This document shows, in pieces, positions 57,041 through 64,000 of a DNA stretch of 64,000 nucleotides (positions are counted from its first letter, which is position 1; the number at the start of each line of letters is the position of its first letter). Location of the stretch: assembly GCA_045159875.1 (NCBI GenBank), contig CP067995.1, positions 2,752,001 through 2,816,000 of the forward strand, written 5' to 3'. This DNA is from a cyanobacterium endosymbiont of Rhopalodia gibba. Lineage in GTDB: Bacteria > Cyanobacteriota > Cyanobacteriia > Cyanobacteriales > Microcystaceae. The notes beneath the pieces were generated by a model. The model was not told where the DNA came from. It did not search any database and saw only the letters and a list, made by a program, of their open reading frames with translations. Made by a program: the position numbers and the translations under genes.

Positions 57041-58423
57041 TTAATTGTTTGGCTTAACAGACTGTATTTGTTCTCCGACAAAATATCCAATTTTTCGACC
57101 TTCACGAATTGCATAATTAGTTCCTCTATCTTCAGGATAGATTTGGGACATTGTACAAATATAGAAGTTTTTTAAGGGAGTTGTTACCTCAGGAATCAAT
57201 TGACTATAGTGATTTGAAACAATGGGTTGCGAGTATCGTGCTTTCCAGAGATGATAGTCAATAATCCAGTCACGACTGAATTCAGGAAACATTTTTATTA
57301 AATAAGGAATTGAGTAATTTAAAGCTTCTTCATCATTTATCTGATAAAGGTCTTCTGTCTCCAGCAAATATTTAGATAAATAGATAATATGTCGTCCGCC
57401 ATAGGTTTCTTGAGATTCAAAGTTAGTATGTTCAATTACTCCCACAAAAGGGAAATTAGGGTCATTAACATTAAGCCAATAGGTTTTAGATAAACTGCGA
57501 TTTAATTCTAAAACCAAACAGACATTAGCTAAATATTGAACTTGTCGAAGTCGGTCAACATATTCAGAACTAACGTGAGGAGCAACCAAATCAGCAATAA
57601 TCGGTAAAGCAGGCGTCGCAATCACTGCATCGGCATTAATGAGTCCTTGTGAGGTTTGAATGTCCACTACGTGGTCGCCTTTTACTATTAATCCTTCCAC
57701 AGTTATATTAGTCTTTACTTCACCACCGCCGAGAGAAATTTCAGTCTCTAAACGTTCAGCTAAAGCCGCAAATCCTCCGCGATAATAAGCCAACATTTCT
57801 TTACCATCTTTATTGCGACTTCCTCCTCGTAACTTAACTTTATTCCAAAACCAAACTGCAGAGATACTCTCAGCAAACATGCCAAATTTTCCTCTTAGCA
57901 AAGGTTCCCAAATTATCTGATAAACTTGTTTACCACAAATTTTTAATAACCATTCCTGAGCATTAATTAATTCTAATTTTTTCCAATTTTTAATGCGACG
58001 TACCCAGAGAATAAAAAGTCCTAAACGAATTCGATTAAATAAGTGTAAAGGCTTAAATGTTAATAAGTCCAAAGGAGAACTAAGGTTAAAAAAATTGTTG
58101 GCGTAGTAGATTCCTGTGCGAGTGGTTCGATAAATAACTTGATCTTCAACATTTAGTTCTTTCACTAATTCCATTATATATTTATCATTAGTAAACCAAT
58201 GGTGGTAGAACTTCTCTATTTTTTCTCCATTGACTTCAAAACTTCCTGCTAACCCGCCTACTTCTTCCTCTTTTTCCAGAACAGTTACTCTATATCCTTG
58301 AAGAGTTAATTGGTAAGCGGCCGTTAATCCAGTAAATCCTCCACCAATAATAACAATATGAGAAGTAATTTTATTATGATTGCTTGGGAAATGGTGATGG
58401 TCAATAGATGAGTTGTCTAACAT
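57041..58423 (-). CDS. FAD-dependent oxidoreductase (protoporphyrinogen oxidase/amine oxidase-like fold)
   Basis: GGGFTG dinucleotide motif, GGLAG, EKFYHHWF, YPEDRGTN. Confidence 0.88.
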   Translation of the reverse strand: MLDNSSIDHHHFPSNHNKITSHIVIIGGGFTGLTAAYQLTLQGYRVTVLEKEEEVGGLAGSFEVNGEKIEKFYHHWFTNDKYIMELVKELNVEDQVIYRTTRTGIYYANNFFNLSSPLDLLTFKPLHLFNRIRLGLFILWVRRIKNWKKLELINAQEWLLKICGKQVYQIIWEPLLRGKFGMFAESISAVWFWNKVKLRGGSRNKDGKEMLAYYRGGFAALAERLETEISLGGGEVKTNITVEGLIVKGDHVVDIQTSQGLINADAVIATPALPIIADLVAPHVSSEYVDRLRQVQYLANVCLVLELNRSLSKTYWLNVNDPNFPFVGVIEHTNFESQETYGGRHIIYLSKYLLETEDLYQINDEEALNYSIPYLIKMFPEFSRDWIIDYHLWKARYSQPIVSNHYSQLIPEVTTPLKNFYICTMSQIYPEDRGTNYAIREGRKIGYFVGEQIQSVKPNN

Positions 58424-58699
58424 AAAAAAAATTATAAAAGTTCATGAATGAGTTATTTAGTTAATTCTCATATAGTTAGTGTCTCTCAGTTTTATGAGAT
58501 ACACTTCAATTGTATGTTTTTTTCTGTTCTCTAACACTAGAAAGTAATGTACCTTGCGAACGGGAGAACTGTCATATAGGACTTAAACTTGAAATACAAA
58601 TAGTGACACGAACTGGAACTCTGTTACAACAAGATAGTCATAGCTTTTCCAACAGAATGTTTATTCAACTTCTAATGTTAACTACATTAAAGACACTTA

Positions 58700-59656
58700 C
58701 TATTGGAAGTTTTTATGATTCGGTAATTCTTTTTGAAAACCTAATCGTTCTCGAACTAAGTATAAAGGACGTTGTTTATTTTCTCGATAAATACGACCAA
58801 TATATTCACCAATCACTCCTAAGAAGACTAATTGAATTCCTCCAATAAATAACACAGAGATAAAAAGCAATGTCCACCCTGGAACCCAAATTGAGGTAAA
58901 CAAACGAAGAACTAAAGCATAAATGATACCAATTAAAGAGAATCCAAAGGTAAAAATACCAGTCCAAATAGCCATTCTTAAAGGAATTAAGGAGAAAGAA
59001 AGAATACCATCAGTAGCAAAACGGATCATTTTCCACAGAGAATACTTACTTACACCCGCTAGTCGAGGGGATCTTTGGTAAGGAATGGCAATTTGTCGAA
59101 AACCAACCCAACTAACCATTCCTCTCAAAAAGCGATCACGTTCGGGCATTATTTTCAAGGCTTCAACTACTTGGCGATCCATTAAACGAAAATCTCCAGT
59201 ATCAAGAGGAATTTCAACATCGGATAGATAATTAATTAGTCGATAGAAGACTTTCGCAGTCCAACGTTTAAAGACAGTTTCTCCTGTTCTTTCCGTTCGA
59301 ACTCCATAGGCGACATGATACCCTTGACGCCATTGGTAGACCATTTCTTCAATCACTTCGGGAGGATCTTGTAAATCTGCATCAATTAAGACAATAGCAT
59401 CTCCAGCTGCATGCTCTAAACCCGCAGTTACAGCCATTTGGTGTCCAAAATTGCGTGATAACAGAATGGCGTGGACTCTTGGATCAGCTTGTTGTAATTG
59501 ACGCAGCAAATGGGGAGTTTGATCATGACTACCATCATCAACATAAATTAGTTCAAATTGGGGAGTCAGATGTTCAATAACACTTACTAAGCGATGATTA
59601 GTTTCGTTGATGACTTCCTCTTCGTTATAGCAAGGAATAATTACTGAAATAAACAA
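58700..59656 (-). CDS. GtrB-like polyprenyl-phosphate glycosyltransferase (GT2); TTG start at 59656 preferred
   Basis: IIPCYNEE, VDDGS, SRNFGHQ, DADLQDPP, TGDFRL, two C-terminal TM helices, GEYIGRIY; AAGGAGG RBS before the TTG. Confidence 0.92.
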   Translation of the reverse strand: MFISVIIPCYNEEEVINETNHRLVSVIEHLTPQFELIYVDDGSHDQTPHLLRQLQQADPRVHAILLSRNFGHQMAVTAGLEHAAGDAIVLIDADLQDPPEVIEEMVYQWRQGYHVAYGVRTERTGETVFKRWTAKVFYRLINYLSDVEIPLDTGDFRLMDRQVVEALKIMPERDRFLRGMVSWVGFRQIAIPYQRSPRLAGVSKYSLWKMIRFATDGILSFSLIPLRMAIWTGIFTFGFSLIGIIYALVLRLFTSIWVPGWTLLFISVLFIGGIQLVFLGVIGEYIGRIYRENKQRPLYLVRERLGFQKELPNHKNFQ

Positions 59657-59979
59657 ATCTAGTTCCTCCTTGAGGTGATAGATAAGGCGTTTTATTTTAA
59701 ACAAAAAGCTTCAACTCTCAACAATCCTGATTTTCCACTTCTAATGTTTTCATCAATATCAAGACAACTTTTTTAGTTAGCTAAACTTAATTAAGTCTTT
59801 TTCCAAAAAAACCGGATGGGGTCAGCAAACTGACCTGCCATTCTACTCTAAGTTGGCTTAATTGACGAGCCATTCAGCCTTAATATACAAAATAGTCCAG
59901 GCAATGAGCAACACTAGCTTGTATTTTATGATTGTTTTTGAGACCCTAGCTAAATCATTACTTTCATCTTATTACTTTT

Positions 59980-61776
59980 ATGAATTTTAAAGAAATAAAC
60001 TTATATACTTTACCCAACAAACTAATTTTTATAACCTTAGTATTAATATATTTTATATTAGGAATTTATCTAATTAGTCAAACTTCTATTACGTCTGACG
60101 AGCCTGCTTATATTGGAGCAGCTTATGCTTATACTCAAGGATTAGGTTTGAATCAAGAACATCCTCTTTTTTTTAAATTAGTTACTTCTTCAATTATTAA
60201 ACTATTTTTTTCGGATTATCATATAACAGTTCCTTCTATAAATATTATTAGTGGCGAAGAAAATATGGAAGTCCGTCTAGCTGCTTTTAATCTTGGTTAT
60301 AGTTTCTTACTAGAACGTCCAGAAAATTTTAAACAACTTATTTTTATCTTAAGATTTTGTTATTTATTTATCAATAGCATATTTTTAATTTGGATATATT
60401 TTTTTACTTTTTATTTTCCACAAATACCTACTATTGTTTCTAATTCGTTGGGAATATTATATGTATTTTCTCCTAGCTTTTATAGTCATAATTTTTTAAT
60501 ATCTTTTGATGTTTCTGTTAGTATTTATGCCTTGTTATCTATCTGGACAATGATTATTGCAATTCGTCAATTAGAACAATTTAAAAAAATTGAATTAATC
60601 ATTTATTTTTGTGTTCTAAACCTTGTTTTTTTTCTTGCAATTAATGCTAAATTTAGCAATCTTATTTTAGTTCCGATCATTCTATCTGCTTACTCAATCA
60701 GTTTAATCTATCTTTTGAGAAAAAATCTTAAAAATTTAGCTATTAAATTTGGTATTTTGGGGTTTATTAGTTTGTTGATACAGCCGATATTAATTATTTT
60801 TATGTACCGCTATGCTTTTCGCAATTTGCCTAATCAATCAATTATTGATAATATACAGCGTTATATACAGGGTATTCAAATGAATTTGAGTACAGTAGGG
60901 GGAATTCGCAAACCTTTTTGGTACGAAGATTTTATCTCTATAAATTCCTTAGAATATCTAAATAAAATATTTTGGTTCAAAGAAAATCCTGCTCTTTTTA
61001 TTATCACTATATTGATTGTTATTATCCTGATTAGCCAAATAATAATCGAGCGTGTTGATGTTAAATATTTTTTCCAAAAATTAGTAAATCTAAGAAAGAA
61101 TAGATGGCAGCTATATTTATTTTTTTTAGGTTCCTCTTATCCGTTAATTTATTTAAAATTAACCTATAACAGTCGCTTTATTATTGGCTACCGATATTTT
61201 TATCCTTTGATTATTTTTATTTATTTTAGCATTGCTTATCTGACAGTTCTTCTTAAGAAGAAATGGCAAAAATATTTTTTAATAGGTAGTTTAAGTCTGT
61301 ATATTTATTTTGGATTATTAGGAATCCCTCAATCTTTGAGTTATGTTAATCCTCTATGGACTTTAGAAAAATGGCGCTTAGCAGACGATTCAACTATTAA
61401 TTGGGGACAAGAAACCCAGCATGCTGTTAAATATCTACTGAACAATTACCTTTTACCAGAGAAAAATATTGATACTATTGTCTATAAAACTTTCGGGGTT
61501 AACATCAACTTTGTCCAGTATTTATATTTATTAAGCCAAGAAAAAAAATACGCAATTGACATTCAATCTTATTACAGTTATGATTATTTTGATCCAGAAA
61601 CTACAGATATTGCCCAATTAAATGTAAAATATTTATTAATTGATAGTACGGTTAAACAACAAATTATTTCCCAAATTTTCCATAATCCTCTGGCAGCAAA
61701 AAACTGGAGATTTTTAGCTAATCACATCCCTATTTACTCACGAAACGACATAATTTTTATTTACCAACTCAGATAA
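59980..61776 (+). CDS. GT-C fold glycosyltransferase (ArnT/PMT-like)
   Basis: TSDEPAY loop after TM1, NQEHPL, NAKFS, GYRY, DSTINWGQ; many TM segments. Confidence 0.8.
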   Translation: MNFKEINLYTLPNKLIFITLVLIYFILGIYLISQTSITSDEPAYIGAAYAYTQGLGLNQEHPLFFKLVTSSIIKLFFSDYHITVPSINIISGEENMEVRLAAFNLGYSFLLERPENFKQLIFILRFCYLFINSIFLIWIYFFTFYFPQIPTIVSNSLGILYVFSPSFYSHNFLISFDVSVSIYALLSIWTMIIAIRQLEQFKKIELIIYFCVLNLVFFLAINAKFSNLILVPIILSAYSISLIYLLRKNLKNLAIKFGILGFISLLIQPILIIFMYRYAFRNLPNQSIIDNIQRYIQGIQMNLSTVGGIRKPFWYEDFISINSLEYLNKIFWFKENPALFIITILIVIILISQIIIERVDVKYFFQKLVNLRKNRWQLYLFFLGSSYPLIYLKLTYNSRFIIGYRYFYPLIIFIYFSIAYLTVLLKKKWQKYFLIGSLSLYIYFGLLGIPQSLSYVNPLWTLEKWRLADDSTINWGQETQHAVKYLLNNYLLPEKNIDTIVYKTFGVNINFVQYLYLLSQEKKYAIDIQSYYSYDYFDPETTDIAQLNVKYLLIDSTVKQQIISQIFHNPLAAKNWRFLANHIPIYSRNDIIFIYQLR

Positions 61777-61779
61777 CAA

Positions 61780-63996
61780 ATGACTCTTAAATTAAATTTA
61801 CGAATATTGCGATTTATGTCGTTAACTAAATTGTGGGTTACTCGTTATCGTAAGAATTTATTAGTAATTTTTCTTTATAGCATGATTGCTATTGGTTTAA
61901 TGGGACCGATGGCTTCAGATTCTATTATTTTTTCTACAGGAGAGACTCAAGCTCATTTAGCCTACCTTATCCAAGGAAGAATGGCTTTAGAAGAGGGGCA
62001 ATTCCCTTTGCGAATTGCCCCCTATGAAAACAATGGTTTACGTTATGCCAGCTTTCAATTCTATAGTCAGATTCCGTATACATTAGGGGGATTAATTTAT
62101 AAATTTATTACCCCTAACAATCCCTATACAGCATATAAAATTATGCTATGGGGAGCCTTATTTATTGGGGGACTATTTATCTACCGTCTTAGTAGTTGGT
62201 TAACTAATAATCGAATCGCTGCTATTTTAGCCGGAGTATCTTATATGTCAGCCCCATATTTTCTCAATACGGTTCATGCTCGTGGGGCATTTCCTGAAGC
62301 AATCGCCCAAGGGATTTTACCTGTTGTTTTATATTACATCATTCGTACTTATAATAGTCCCAAAATTCATTATATTTTGCTCAGTAGCATAGCCTGGTTT
62401 GCTCTAGCAACAACTCATATTATCACTTTTATTTATGGATCTTTATTTTTTGGTATTTTTGGACTTTTACTTGTTCTAAAACAACCAAAAACCCGTACTT
62501 TAGGAAAACAGTTAGCCCGAGTCACCATAAGTCATATTTTAGGTTGGCTTCTGGGGATGTATTTTCTCATGCCTGTTGTCTTGGAATCGAAGTACGTTAG
62601 TATGCGATTTTATGTCGATCAAATTAGTCCTTATGTCACAAATTGGATGACTCCCTTAGCTAACTTACTTTCTCCTATTGCTCTCCCCCCCACCCCCACA
62701 GGAGAAGGAATTACTTATGGGTTAACCCCTGCCGTCGGATTGGTTTTTCTCGCTGCTTGGGGAGTTGTTCTTTATTACTATTCTTCCTCAAAAACTTTAC
62801 CTTCTGGTTTGAGTGCCAATCGTATCTATATTTTTGCGCTCCTTTATATTTTTCCCTTGGCTTTATTTATTACCTGGAGTCCCATAAATTTTTGGCATTT
62901 ATTACCAAGATCATTGTGGGTGACACAATTTACTTTTCGTTTTCTAACCCATGTTATGTGGAGTGGGGCATTATTAATAGGGTATGCCTCTATTTTGCTA
63001 TTTAAACGCCATTTAAATAGCCGTCATTTATTAATAGGGATTTTATTAATTGTCATAGCCAATCGTTCTTGGTTACCGATTCCTAAAGGACATATCACCG
63101 TCAACGAAGTACTTGAAGATCCTAAATTTGGTTATTCAGGGGCCGTTGATTATCTAAATCGTAGTTCGGTAGATACCCTATATGGCAATGCTCAATTGCC
63201 TTTATTGTCCAATACTTGGATTCCGGGTCATGGAAGTTGGGATCATATTAATAATAGACTATTGCCAGTGGTCTTAGAAAATGAACCCAGTTGGCGGATT
63301 TTACCCATATGGAAAGAAACAGATAACCCTGTCCTCATTTTAGAAGGAAAGGTGGTTCAAGATACTGTACCTAATCCAACCACTTTATTGGTGACGGTAT
63401 TAGAGCTACATTCGGACGAAAATAAAGAAATTATTGGCAAAATATCTTTGAATCAACCTAGGATAAGTGCGCGAATTCCTTTCACTTCAGAGAAGCTAAA
63501 GAATTTAGAATTTCATGAAGGACTATTCCGTCTTCAGTTCATTGTTCAAGGAAATATTGAACAAGGTCAACGCCCTAAAATTGAATTAGATAATTTTGTT
63601 TTTGAAGGAATGTCTTTTGAAGATACTATTATTCCTCTTGATGTAACCAGAGATCAATGTATATCACGAGGAATTGAAACCCTTTGCGAACTATCTGCAG
63701 AAGAACAGGCGCTAGTAGTTCAACTTCCAGCGATGTACTATCCTAGAATGCAACGGGTAAAAGTTGATGGAAGACTGGTAGAATATTTTCCCGTCAACTA
63801 CTATGACTATAATCTAGTCGGTCTGCGCCTGAAACCTGGCAACCATAATATTCAAGTTATCTTTGTTGGATTGGACTGGGCTAACTCAATTAGTTTTGTT
63901 GCTTGGCTTAGTGTTATTGTAATTGCGATAACTTTGAACAGAAGCAATATCAAGAAAATGTCTAATAAAATATCACAAAGTCAAGTAATGAAGTAA
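61780..63996 (+). CDS. YfhO/PTPS-related polytopic membrane protein, putative GT-C glycosyltransferase
   Basis: GQFPLR, FQFYS, APYFL..RGAFPE, QFTFRFL; C-terminal YYPRM..L.PGNHNI.V.F before the last TM. Confidence 0.75.
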   Translation: MTLKLNLRILRFMSLTKLWVTRYRKNLLVIFLYSMIAIGLMGPMASDSIIFSTGETQAHLAYLIQGRMALEEGQFPLRIAPYENNGLRYASFQFYSQIPYTLGGLIYKFITPNNPYTAYKIMLWGALFIGGLFIYRLSSWLTNNRIAAILAGVSYMSAPYFLNTVHARGAFPEAIAQGILPVVLYYIIRTYNSPKIHYILLSSIAWFALATTHIITFIYGSLFFGIFGLLLVLKQPKTRTLGKQLARVTISHILGWLLGMYFLMPVVLESKYVSMRFYVDQISPYVTNWMTPLANLLSPIALPPTPTGEGITYGLTPAVGLVFLAAWGVVLYYYSSSKTLPSGLSANRIYIFALLYIFPLALFITWSPINFWHLLPRSLWVTQFTFRFLTHVMWSGALLIGYASILLFKRHLNSRHLLIGILLIVIANRSWLPIPKGHITVNEVLEDPKFGYSGAVDYLNRSSVDTLYGNAQLPLLSNTWIPGHGSWDHINNRLLPVVLENEPSWRILPIWKETDNPVLILEGKVVQDTVPNPTTLLVTVLELHSDENKEIIGKISLNQPRISARIPFTSEKLKNLEFHEGLFRLQFIVQGNIEQGQRPKIELDNFVFEGMSFEDTIIPLDVTRDQCISRGIETLCELSAEEQALVVQLPAMYYPRMQRVKVDGRLVEYFPVNYYDYNLVGLRLKPGNHNIQVIFVGLDWANSISFVAWLSVIVIAITLNRSNIKKMSNKISQSQVMK

Positions 63997-64000
63997 TTTT

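Noticed and set aside
58510..58848. 112-aa plus-strand ORF as a GtrA flippase
   Set aside because: Overlaps the GT2 gene in antisense and lacks a convincing four-TM GtrA pattern
59815..59880. GC-rich small hairpins between the divergent glycosyltransferase genes as a riboswitch
   Set aside because: Only short stems (GGTCAG/CTGACC); no known aptamer motif recognised

Overview
AT-rich cyanobacterial chromosome segment. The protein families resemble those of unicellular Chroococcales (Cyanothece/Crocosphaera/Rippkaea type), and the segment carries the cyanobacterial split-intein dnaE C-half. Only about 47% of the window is intact coding sequence (sum of the ~32 credible ORFs). The rest is frameshifted pseudogenes (natE/livF-like ATPase, Ser/Thr kinase, sulfotransferase, GT2, fused 5-oxoprolinase, ABC1 kinase, methyltransferase, DUF2288), dead IS elements (two IS630, one IS200/IS605 right end) and AT-rich deserts. 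This is the signature of an endosymbiont in ongoing genome reduction; a rhopalodiacean diatom spheroid body/diazoplast is my inference, not proven. Intact genes include lipA, queC, dapB, lpxA-lpxB, dnaE-C, ispD, tatC, an iscA-TPR-M48 cluster overlapping tRNA-Leu(CAA), and a ~11.5 kb glycosylation island (GtrB-like GT2, FAD oxidoreductase, NDP-sugar C-methyltransferase, three polytopic GT-C-like proteins). Two small RNAs are recognisable: Yfr2-like (intact) and PsrR1-like (apparently eroding). The most striking unexplained structure is a set of ~18 long, near-perfect, mutually unrelated palindromes/hairpins (12-29 bp arms) found only in decayed non-coding DNA. All calls were made by eye; no database searches were run.
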